This document shows, piece after piece, positions 29,040-37,490 of a stretch of DNA of 64,000 nt; the stretch's first letter is position 1, and each line of letters begins with the position of its first letter. Source of the DNA: an uncultured Candidatus Saccharibacteria bacterium (GTDB lineage: Bacteria > Patescibacteriota > JABMPQ01 > JAQVVF01). The notes beneath the pieces were generated by a model. That model worked only from the letters and a program-made list of their open reading frames with translations. It was not told the DNA's origin and made no database searches. The stretch covers positions 58,149 to 122,148 of the forward strand of contig CAZNOH010000003.1 in the NCBI GenBank assembly GCA_964574655.1. The letters are read 5' to 3'. Made by a program: the position numbers and the translations under genes.

Positions 29040-29160
29040 TTTGTTTTACTTAATTATAATACGAATGAGATACGAATAATGCAAATGATACGAATTGCAA
29101 ATCGTCGTATTCGTAATTCGCAACATTCGCATTATTCGTACTTTCATTCGTATTATATAT
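29040..29160. promoter_or_regulatory. Iteron-like array: three ATACGAAT repeats followed by four inverted ATTCGTA repeats
   Basis: Seen directly: atacgaatgagatacgaataatgcaaatgatacgaatt...cgtattcgtaattcgcaacattcgcattattcgtactttcattcgtatt. Confidence 0.35.
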
Positions 29161-30302
29161 CAAAAACTAAACTGCCTCAACTTCTCCAACACCACTTTTT
29201 CCACATCAAGCAAACTTATATTATCAAAATCAACTAAAATTAACCCATTGACTTTCTTGCCCATAAAAATATCCCTGATTTTTTCTTTTACAGAATCTTT
29301 ATTAGTTTTAAAAATTGCCTTAACTCTTCCTTGCTGAAATTCATAAAAAATTATCACAATTTCAGCCAAATTGACCGACATCGCGATTTCCTCTTCAACG
29401 CCCAAAATATCATTTTCATTTTTTGATCCAGTCTTCTCAAAATCTTGATAATTCACTAAAGTCCAAGCAATCTTTTTATTGTCATCGAATTTTACTCTCG
29501 CCAATGCTCTTCCCCAAAGTTTCAAAGTTGATAAAGACTTATTCTTAAAAATAGATTTAATAATTTTTTGCTGATCAGCGCCAAGCGCAATTAATTGCGC
29601 TGCAATTGTAAAAGACCTTGGAGTTGTCGTTGATGTTTGAAAACTTTTTGTTGAAGATATAATGCCCGTCAACAAACAATTTGCAATATCCTCATCAATC
29701 ATTTTTTCACCAAAAGATTCTAGCAAAGTATAAACAACTTCTGCAGTTGAAGAAGCTGTTACGTCGACTAAATTAACCTCGCCATATTGCTCATTAGATG
29801 AACTGCTATCAACATTGATAATCGGAGTTTCATAAAATAATTCTGTATTTTCTTCATAAATTTTGCCAAGCTTTTCTAAATCGCAAACATCAACACAAAT
29901 TATCAAATCATATTTAAATCCTGAAGGCCTAGTCAAAACATTGCTTGCATCATAATTGCCTTTTTCTGGAGTAATATAAATATTCAATTTATTTCCATCT
30001 TCATCAAAATCATAAGAAAATTGAGCTACTTTGGCTTTTGAAGTATCCAAAGTAATAACAAAATTCTTAGAACCATCAACAGTATTTCCTAGCTTGGAAA
30101 TATTAGGTAAAAAAAACAATGTCGAAGAAATCGAAGCTGAACAAACCATGTCAACTTCATGTCCGCCAATTTTTTCTAAAGTTAAACCCAAAGCTAACAT
30201 GCTGCCAATCGAATCATCATTAAAATCAGCCCGCGTAACGAGCAGAATATTTTTACTTTTCTTTATTAATTCAAAAATCTGTTGCTTAGAAGATAATTCC
30301 AT
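29160..30302 (-). CDS. DHH-family phosphoesterase (NrnA-like)
   Basis: N-terminal motif TRADFNDDSIGSMLAL resembling H-x-x-P-D-x-D-x-x-GS of DHH proteins. Size and layout fit DHH-DHHA1, but motifs are degenerate. Confidence 0.45.
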   Translation of the reverse strand: MELSSKQQIFELIKKSKNILLVTRADFNDDSIGSMLALGLTLEKIGGHEVDMVCSASISSTLFFLPNISKLGNTVDGSKNFVITLDTSKAKVAQFSYDFDEDGNKLNIYITPEKGNYDASNVLTRPSGFKYDLIICVDVCDLEKLGKIYEENTELFYETPIINVDSSSSNEQYGEVNLVDVTASSTAEVVYTLLESFGEKMIDEDIANCLLTGIISSTKSFQTSTTTPRSFTIAAQLIALGADQQKIIKSIFKNKSLSTLKLWGRALARVKFDDNKKIAWTLVNYQDFEKTGSKNENDILGVEEEIAMSVNLAEIVIIFYEFQQGRVKAIFKTNKDSVKEKIRDIFMGKKVNGLILVDFDNISLLDVEKVVLEKLRQFSF

Positions 30303-30469
30303 ATTTTTTTATAATTCTAAAATATTAAGGATTAAATCATATTATAACTCCAAAAAAAATCTGTCAAATGTGCATAAAATTACTTAATAATATTCGCGAT
30401 AACATTCTCAAACATTCGAAAAAAAATTAGAATGAGGCAATAAAAAAACTGCCTAAACTTTATAGACAG

Positions 30470-32857
30470 TTATACTGATTCACAAAGTGCATTTAAACCT
30501 CTTACTAAATCAACATAGCGTGCATATTCTTTAATTGCCCTATACTGGCTCTCTCCATCCAATCCTGCTTCTTTCAAAACCATTGCTGCCTGCCCACTGC
30601 CCAAATAATGCCCCTTTTTAAAAGGATGCAAGGTAACCAATCTACCCGATATTGACATTATCCATCTATCCATTGTTGGCTTTGTAAACCCAGTAACACC
30701 CATTGCAAAAGAAGCAACTCTTTCTGGAAAAATCTGTTCCTGAACTTCCAAATCAAGCCTGGCAAAAAGTTCTGCTGAAGCAACATAATAAACATTCGGA
30801 TCAATACCATCTGCCAAAAGCCTTGGCAAAGTGTCAACCACAAAAGCATATGTCACTCCGCTTTCCTGCAAAATGATATTAACATCTGGCTTATTATTTG
30901 TTGCCTTCCGCAATAAATAAACGCCATTAATTGACTCTTCAAATCCTGACAATCCAAGTGCTTTTCGATCCAGCACTTTCTTTGGCGGACGAGTTACAAA
31001 GATTGCAATAATTGCCGGCCAAAGCGATAAAGCTTTTGCCAGCAATGGCCAAATTTCCTGAGGCTCCCAAGGAGTCAAGGTGATCATCGTATCACCAGGG
31101 AAATTCTCTTGCAACAATTGCAAGGCCTGAACATCAGCATGAGTTGGACCATCTTCTCCGGTTTCCAATCCAGCATGTCCACAAACCAAAATAAAAGGAT
31201 TATATGACTGACCTGTTACTACCTTTTTCGCCTGCTGACCAATTGCATGCAACCTTGCTGCAATATGTCCAAGCGGTGCCATAAAAGCAGCATATGACCC
31301 GCCAACACCAATATGATGGCCATTGGCTGACAGTCCTGCTAGAATTGCAGACATTGCATCTTCACAAATCCCACCTGTCGAAAGCTTCCTTGAATCAGGA
31401 TTCCTTTCAGCATGGAAAAATCCATCAGGAAATCCATTTCCAATATTTCCAACACTGACTGAATCCAAGAGATCAGCAGCTGCACAAAGAATTGCTCCAT
31501 AACTTCCTCTATTCAGGAAGTTCAAAGCATCCCCTAAAACACCTCGCAAAGTTACATCATTGCCCGGCGTCAAAATCAAAGATTCTGGAGTATCGCCTTC
31601 TAACAAATCAATTGCTCCGTAGACATTACCAATTTCTGGAGCAAAAATTTTCTTTTCTCTACCATCTTCATTCAAACACGTCTGCGCAATTACCAAATCA
31701 TTCGACAATCTTTTTATTATTTCATAATTACTAATTTCCATCGCCGAACGAATACTTAACAATGCTTGTGCATAACACACTTCAATCCTTTCCTGATCAC
31801 TACCACTTTGGCACAAATTTTCACCAAAGCAGTTTGGCAAAGAAATAACACCTAATTCACGAAGCTCTTCTGTCGCTTCATAAAATCCCGAAGTGCAAAG
31901 CTTGTGGCCTGCACCATGAGATTTTTTGCCAGTAATTCCATATTTGTAACCTTTTTCAGTTCGATAGACAATCATTGTCGGTTGACCATTCTCCCTGTCT
32001 CCCAAAATAGCAAAAGCAGCATTAACTTGTGTAAAGCTCATGCCATCAGGTACATAGATTACGTTCCAATCATGAAGCTGTCCTAACTCCATTGGAGTCC
32101 ATTGGACATAATCGCCAAATTGATCATCTTCTGCACAAACTCGATCCGAATCAATTGATGACTGATTCCAATCAACATGCAAAACAATATTGCTAAGACC
32201 CATTGCTGACGCAGCTGCCATAGCTTCAGAAACACGACCAGGAGTAAGTCCTCCCTCGCCTTCCAAAATATGGACTTTTGGTGCTTTTTCTTTTCCATAG
32301 TAATCGATTCTACCCAAAGCCAAACCAACAGCTGTAGCCAATCCCACTCCCGAAGCACCAGTCGCAATCCTTACAAACGGTGTTGCTGGCGTTGAATGTC
32401 CATCAAGCGCTCTTGCCCTGTATTGCTTAAACAATGGCAAATCAGTTTCAGGATTTCGCCTGAATCCCAACAAATCTTCTAATCGCAATCTGTCCTTCAT
32501 ATCCTCTGGCAATAAATGACTTGCCCCAATTCGAACAACCTCATCCATCAAAGCTAAGGCTGTATAGAGTCCCAAAGCCTTATGACCTGCAGCTTCTACC
32601 CAAACATCAGCATCTTCTCGATTTGGATTTGAAATATCAAAATACAAACCATGATACAACAGATAATTACGAATTACGCCAGAAGAAATTGATCCTCCAG
32701 GATGACCCGAAGTTGGCACAAAGTTGTACAAAATTGCACACAAGCTTCTATACAACTTGAACAGAAATTCCAGATCAGAAAAAGTTGAAGGACCTAAGAG
32801 CTGTCCGTTTTTCACTAGCTTTCCAACATCATGATAACTGCTTCTTCGCTGACTCAT
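30470..32857 (-). CDS. tkt: Transketolase-family thiamine-diphosphate enzyme (long form)
   Basis: GHPGGSISSG, AAGHKALGLYTALAL, EGEGGLTPGRVSEA, GEDGPTHADVQALQ. Strong GGAGGG RBS and higher GC than neighbours. Confidence 0.65.
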   Translation of the reverse strand: MSQRRSSYHDVGKLVKNGQLLGPSTFSDLEFLFKLYRSLCAILYNFVPTSGHPGGSISSGVIRNYLLYHGLYFDISNPNREDADVWVEAAGHKALGLYTALALMDEVVRIGASHLLPEDMKDRLRLEDLLGFRRNPETDLPLFKQYRARALDGHSTPATPFVRIATGASGVGLATAVGLALGRIDYYGKEKAPKVHILEGEGGLTPGRVSEAMAAASAMGLSNIVLHVDWNQSSIDSDRVCAEDDQFGDYVQWTPMELGQLHDWNVIYVPDGMSFTQVNAAFAILGDRENGQPTMIVYRTEKGYKYGITGKKSHGAGHKLCTSGFYEATEELRELGVISLPNCFGENLCQSGSDQERIEVCYAQALLSIRSAMEISNYEIIKRLSNDLVIAQTCLNEDGREKKIFAPEIGNVYGAIDLLEGDTPESLILTPGNDVTLRGVLGDALNFLNRGSYGAILCAAADLLDSVSVGNIGNGFPDGFFHAERNPDSRKLSTGGICEDAMSAILAGLSANGHHIGVGGSYAAFMAPLGHIAARLHAIGQQAKKVVTGQSYNPFILVCGHAGLETGEDGPTHADVQALQLLQENFPGDTMITLTPWEPQEIWPLLAKALSLWPAIIAIFVTRPPKKVLDRKALGLSGFEESINGVYLLRKATNNKPDVNIILQESGVTYAFVVDTLPRLLADGIDPNVYYVASAELFARLDLEVQEQIFPERVASFAMGVTGFTKPTMDRWIMSISGRLVTLHPFKKGHYLGSGQAAMVLKEAGLDGESQYRAIKEYARYVDLVRGLNALCESV

Positions 32858-32899
32858 CTGTCTTCCCTCCTTTTTTGTGGGGATCTAATCAATAAATTT

Positions 32900-34201
32900 C
32901 TAGTACAACCGACCGCCACTTGCAACATAATCAGAAAAACCATTTACATCAAAAGCAGCTCTTCTTATTCTTTCCACTGCCAACTTCAACTCGTCCATGC
33001 TAGTTGCAAAAGAAATCCGCAAGAAATGCGAGTCTTCAACGCCAATGCTTCCAAATGATTTTCGATCCATTGTTGCTACTCCATAACAATACAGCAAGAA
33101 CATTTGTAACAAAGTTGAAGGACTGGTTTTGCACCTCTCAACTTCCGGCAATCCATTATAGATCTTGATGATACCAAGATGATGACAAAGACTTTCCACA
33201 GCCGGAAAAACATAAAACGCTCCACCAGGATTTTGACAAGCAATTCCAGAAATTCGATTCAAAGCAGGAACAATAAAATCTCTCCGCCTTTGGAATTCCG
33301 CAACCATTCTTGCCAATTCAAGTTTGCTTCTTCTATCTTCCAAAGCAACTTGCGCTCCCATTTGCGTAAAAGCTGGCACGCAAGAAAAGAAATTAATATT
33401 GAACATCTTAAACATTCGCGCCTCTTCAACTGTTGGAAATATTGCCCATCCAACTCTGCCTCCAGTCCAAGCATATGACTTGGAAACTCCTGAAACAATA
33501 ATTGTCAATTTTTCCATTCCAGGAACCGAAGCGATTGAAAAATGATGCCTACCATCAAACAGAATATCTTCATAAACTTCATCAGAATAAACTCTGATAT
33601 CATTTCGCCCTAGACCCAATATAGCTTCCGCTATGTGTGTCAATTGTTCCTGAGTCGCTACTCCGCCAGTCGGATTGGAAGGAAAATTCAGAATAACCAA
33701 CTTTGTTTTTGCATTCATCTGCAAAGACAATTGCTGACCAGAAAAAGTAAATTCATCCCTCGGATTCAAATACAATGCTCGAGGAATTGCTCCGACAAAT
33801 CTTATAAAAGATTCATAAATCGGAAATCCAGGACTTGGATAGACAACTTCTTCACCAGAATTGCAATAAACCATCTCACAAAAACCAATCGGCGGTTTTG
33901 CACCAGGAAAAACAACCACTTGATCAGGACTGATTTTTAAACCGCGCCTTAAACCCATTGTTCTTGCAATTGCTTGACGCAAAGACAAAATCCCTTGCGG
34001 ATCACAATAATGAGTCATTCCCTTATCAATCGCATCCTTCACTGCATTTCGAATATACTCAGGAACTTCGAAATCCGGCTCGCCCAAATTGCATCTGATA
34101 ACTCTCATTCCTAATTTTGTTTCTGCTTCTGCAATATATGGTCCAACTTTGAAAGCATTCTCAGTACCCAAGTCATAACATCTTTGTGCAAACAGTTTCA
34201 T
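32900..34201 (-). CDS. Class I/II pyridoxal-phosphate aminotransferase (aspartate/aromatic type)
   Basis: SKSYAWTGGRVGW PLP-lysine motif, NPTGG. Start trimmed to ATG 34199-34201 preceded by AAAGGGAGGGG. Confidence 0.8.
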   Translation of the reverse strand: MKLFAQRCYDLGTENAFKVGPYIAEAETKLGMRVIRCNLGEPDFEVPEYIRNAVKDAIDKGMTHYCDPQGILSLRQAIARTMGLRRGLKISPDQVVVFPGAKPPIGFCEMVYCNSGEEVVYPSPGFPIYESFIRFVGAIPRALYLNPRDEFTFSGQQLSLQMNAKTKLVILNFPSNPTGGVATQEQLTHIAEAILGLGRNDIRVYSDEVYEDILFDGRHHFSIASVPGMEKLTIIVSGVSKSYAWTGGRVGWAIFPTVEEARMFKMFNINFFSCVPAFTQMGAQVALEDRRSKLELARMVAEFQRRRDFIVPALNRISGIACQNPGGAFYVFPAVESLCHHLGIIKIYNGLPEVERCKTSPSTLLQMFLLYCYGVATMDRKSFGSIGVEDSHFLRISFATSMDELKLAVERIRRAAFDVNGFSDYVASGGRLY

Positions 34202-34395
34202 CTCTCCCCTCCCTTTTTGTCTCGGGTTTTTTAAACCCTTGGCTGCTTCGTCTCTTTTAGATACCACAAATTTTAAAAGAACCTGCCTAATCATACATCA
34301 TTAGATTCTAATATATTACACCATCATAAGTCAATTAATCTGTGGATTATTCTCAAAAATCTTGCTATCATAAATTTAGTTTTAATAATGTAGCA

Positions 34396-34425
34396 ATTAA
34401 AAATTTTGGAATGCAAAATTTTTAG
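34396..34425. promoter_or_regulatory. Palindromic motif TTAAAAATTTTGGAATGCAAAATTTTTA (second copy at 8685-8714)
   Basis: Inverted repeat arms ttaaaaatttt/aaaatttttaa around a 7-nt core ggaWtgc. Both copies lie in intergenic promoter regions. Confidence 0.4.
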
Positions 34426-34448
34426 TAATTTTGTTGTTTAGTTATTTA

Positions 34449-34480
34449 TCACCCCGCAGGGTGATCACCCTGCGGGGTGA
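34449..34480. promoter_or_regulatory. Perfect 32-bp palindrome TCACCCCGCAGGGTGATCACCCTGCGGGGTGA in a divergent promoter region
   Basis: Two 16-bp half sites with no spacer, between the aminotransferase start (34201, minus) and the uppP start (34500, plus). Confidence 0.5.
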
Positions 34481-34499
34481 TAATTTAGTTATTAATTTA

Positions 34500-35282
34500 G
34501 TGGACATCTTTCAAGCCATAATTTTAGGCATAATTCAAGGCATTACTGAGTTCGTTCCTGTCTCATCAGACGGCCATCTTATTATTGCCAGAGAAATATT
34601 AGGTTTCAAAGATCAAGGACTTTTTTTTGATATCTTCTTGCATCTAGCAACACTTCTTGCTGTTATTATATATTTCTGGAAAGATATAATTGAAATAATC
34701 AAAAAAATCAATCAAAAAAACAGTTTATTTTGGAAAATAGTTGTCGGTACAATTCCAGCTGTCATCTTCGGATATTATGGCGAAAAATTAGTTGAAGGAT
34801 ATTTTAGAAGCATCAATTGGACAGCTTTATTCTTAATTATTAATGGCCTATTTTTTATTCTTGCTGAAAAAATTTCTCATCCCCAAAAAGAAGTTAAAGA
34901 AATTACTTTCAAAGATTCAATTTGGATTGGCCTAGCTCAAGCAGCAGCAATCCTGCCTGGAATTTCCAGATCAGGTTCAACAGTTGCAACAGGTTTGCTC
35001 CGAGGAATTAAACGTGATTCAGCAGCCAAATTTTCATTTATTCTTTCCATTATTGCAATTCTAGGAGCCGGAACATTATCAGCAATAAAGGTTTTTGTTG
35101 ACAAAGAAAAAGTTAATGGCAGTCTTCCGGAACTTATTTTTGGCGCCATCTTTGCATTTCTAGCTGGCTATCTGGCCATCAAATTCTTAATGAACTTTTT
35201 CAAAAAACATGGCTTAATTCCCTTTGCAATTTATATTATTTCTTTAGGATCAATAATTTTGATTTATAATTTTGTTAAATAA
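34500..35282 (+). CDS. uppP: Undecaprenyl-diphosphatase
   Basis: GITEFVPVSSDGHL and PGISRSGSTVATGL motifs, 8 TM. GTG start at 34500 chosen so that the ORF does not cover the palindrome. Confidence 0.75.
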   Translation: MDIFQAIILGIIQGITEFVPVSSDGHLIIAREILGFKDQGLFFDIFLHLATLLAVIIYFWKDIIEIIKKINQKNSLFWKIVVGTIPAVIFGYYGEKLVEGYFRSINWTALFLIINGLFFILAEKISHPQKEVKEITFKDSIWIGLAQAAAILPGISRSGSTVATGLLRGIKRDSAAKFSFILSIIAILGAGTLSAIKVFVDKEKVNGSLPELIFGAIFAFLAGYLAIKFLMNFFKKHGLIPFAIYIISLGSIILIYNFVK

Positions 35283-35701
35283 TGGAAATAATTTCAAAGT
35301 CTTCAGAACAAACTCAAAAAATAGCACAAGAATTAGCCTCTAATCTTCAAGGCGGAGAAATTTTATGTTTTTCTGGTGAATTAGGAGCTGGCAAGACAAC
35401 TTTTATTCAAGGATTAGCAAAAGGATTAGAAATAAAAGAAAATCTAACCAGCCCAACATTTGTCATTTTCAAAAAATATCAAGCTAAAAATAATCTAGAG
35501 TTTTATCATTTTGATCTTTATAGGATTCAAGATCCTCAAGAAATTTTGGATTTGGGTTTTACTGAAATTATCAATAACAAAAAAAATATTACGGCTATCG
35601 AGTGGTCAGAAAAAATTAAGGATCAAATTCCGCTTAAAAATGTTATTTATATTAAATTAGAGTACTTAGATAAAGATCAAAGAAAGATAACTATAAAATA
35701 A
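35282..35701 (+). CDS. tsaE: tRNA threonylcarbamoyladenosine biosynthesis ATPase TsaE
   Basis: GELGAGKTTFIQGLAKGL P-loop in a 139-aa protein. Start overlaps the uppP stop. Confidence 0.8.
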   Translation: MEIISKSSEQTQKIAQELASNLQGGEILCFSGELGAGKTTFIQGLAKGLEIKENLTSPTFVIFKKYQAKNNLEFYHFDLYRIQDPQEILDLGFTEIINNKKNITAIEWSEKIKDQIPLKNVIYIKLEYLDKDQRKITIK

Positions 35702-36075
35702 TGAACATTGTTTCTCAACAACAAGCATTGAATATCACCAAACCTTCGGGAATAAAAGTTTTGTATTATCTTTTTAACGAATACGAACTTCATTATAACG
35801 AACAGCCTGCAAATACAAAACAAGATTGGCATCATCACGAAAAAATTTCCGAAACTATTTACATTATTGATAACGAATTAACTTTGAAATGGAAAGAAAA
35901 TGATAAAATAAAATCAATAATTGTTAGGCAAGGAGATTTAATTGAAACACAAAAGAATCCACATTGTTTTAGCAACAACACAAATAGAATCACAAAATTC
36001 ATTGTTTTTAAACAAGTTTTTTCTGGACAAAATAAAAAAGAAATATTAAAAAACGATAAAATATTGGATGAATAA
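35701..36075 (+). CDS. Small cupin-fold protein
   Basis: WHHHEKISETIYII and PHCF motifs that fit a two-motif cupin. Confidence 0.4.
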   Translation: MNIVSQQQALNITKPSGIKVLYYLFNEYELHYNEQPANTKQDWHHHEKISETIYIIDNELTLKWKENDKIKSIIVRQGDLIETQKNPHCFSNNTNRITKFIVFKQVFSGQNKKEILKNDKILDE

Positions 36076-36135
36076 AAATTTTTATTTTTTACTTGCAACT
36101 TTTTACTTTTTAATTTTGACTTTTAATTTTTTCAA

Positions 36136-36621
36136 ATGAAAATAACCATTTGCGGCAGTATTGCATTTTATGATCAAATGCAAGAAATAAAAAATAAATT
36201 AGAAAAAATTGGGCATGAAGTAAAAATTCCGCCAAATCAAATTTTAAATAACCAAAAAAAATTTATTCCGGTTTCAAAGTATTATCAACTTAGAAAAACT
36301 AAAAATGAAAATTGGATTTGGAAAGAATTAGGAATCTGTATGAAAAATCATTATCAGAAAATTAAAAATTCTGATGCTGTTCTAATTTTAAATTATGATA
36401 AAAATAAAATAAAAAATTATATTGGCGGAAATACTTTAATAGAAATTGCCACAGCTTTTAATCTAAATAAAAAAATCTTTTTTATTTATCCAATACCAAA
36501 ATTATCTTATACCGAAGAAATCAAAGCCATGCAGCCAATTATTATAAATAACAACTTATCAAAAATATTAGACTATTCAATTAATTCTACAAAACAAAAA
36601 ATGCAATTGTTTAAAAATTAA
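36136..36621 (+). CDS. Hypothetical protein (possibly nucleoside 2-deoxyribosyltransferase-like Rossmann fold)
   Basis: MKITICGSIAFYDQM N-terminus typical of that fold. Weak. Confidence 0.3.
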   Translation: MKITICGSIAFYDQMQEIKNKLEKIGHEVKIPPNQILNNQKKFIPVSKYYQLRKTKNENWIWKELGICMKNHYQKIKNSDAVLILNYDKNKIKNYIGGNTLIEIATAFNLNKKIFFIYPIPKLSYTEEIKAMQPIIINNNLSKILDYSINSTKQKMQLFKN

Positions 36622-36708
36622 TTATTAAGAATTTAATAGAGTTAAAAGCGCCCTTAGAAGCTTTTAACGGGTAGCAACCCTTTAAAATTAGAAATTAGAA
36701 ATTATTTT

Positions 36709-37404
36709 ATGATTTACTTATGGTACATCTTTGTCGCCTTGCTTCCCGGCCTTTTCTGGCTCTGGTTTTATCGTCGCAAAGATAGCAAAAATCCAGAACC
36801 ATTAAAAGCAATTTTTAAAATATTTGTTTGGGGAATGGCTGCAACGATTCCAGCAATTGCCTTAGAATTCGCAGTTGAATTTTTTATTCCATATGCTTCC
36901 TCAACAAAATATATCGCAATGGTTCTAAGCTCCTTTTTGATTGTTGCGCCGATAGAAGAATACATGAAATACTTAGTCTTGAAATATAAAGCTTCCACAA
37001 GCAAAGAGTTCAACGAACCGATTGACGGAATTATTTATGGCGTTGTCGCAGGATTAGGATTCGCAACTTTAGAAAATTTCTTAGTCACTTTAAGCGATGG
37101 TGGCACAATTATAATTTTACGTTTCGCTACTGCGACTCTAATGCATGCAATCTGTTCTGGTATTGTCGGATATTATCTTGCTCGTCAAAAATTCCATCCT
37201 CAAGGAAATGGCTCAAGCGTTACTAGAGGCTTATTGCTAGCAATTTTCTTGCATGGTCTTTACAATTCTGTAGCATCTTACAACTCTTCATATTCTATAA
37301 TTTTACTCGCAATATTGATCGTTGTTATGTATCTCATGTTTTCCCAAGACATTAAAAAAATAAAAAGATTAAAAATTACAACTCAACAAAATAATCAATC
37401 TTAA
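36709..37404 (+). CDS. PrsW-family intramembrane protease
   Basis: EEYMKY (E-E-x-x-K), LMHAICSG and FLHGLYN (H-x-x-x-N) motifs across multiple TM helices. Confidence 0.6.
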   Translation: MIYLWYIFVALLPGLFWLWFYRRKDSKNPEPLKAIFKIFVWGMAATIPAIALEFAVEFFIPYASSTKYIAMVLSSFLIVAPIEEYMKYLVLKYKASTSKEFNEPIDGIIYGVVAGLGFATLENFLVTLSDGGTIIILRFATATLMHAICSGIVGYYLARQKFHPQGNGSSVTRGLLLAIFLHGLYNSVASYNSSYSIILLAILIVVMYLMFSQDIKKIKRLKITTQQNNQS

Positions 37405-37422
37405 AAAAAATTTTTAAACTAA

Positions 37423-37456
37423 AACTCCAAGAAATTTCCTGGAGTTTTTTTATTTG
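37423..37456. terminator. Rho-independent terminator (ctccaagaaatttcctggag + T-run)
   Basis: Hairpin followed by TTTTTTTATTT after the PrsW gene. Confidence 0.6.
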
Positions 37457-37490
37457 TGAAATTTGTGTTTAATTTGTGCAGATTTGAGAT

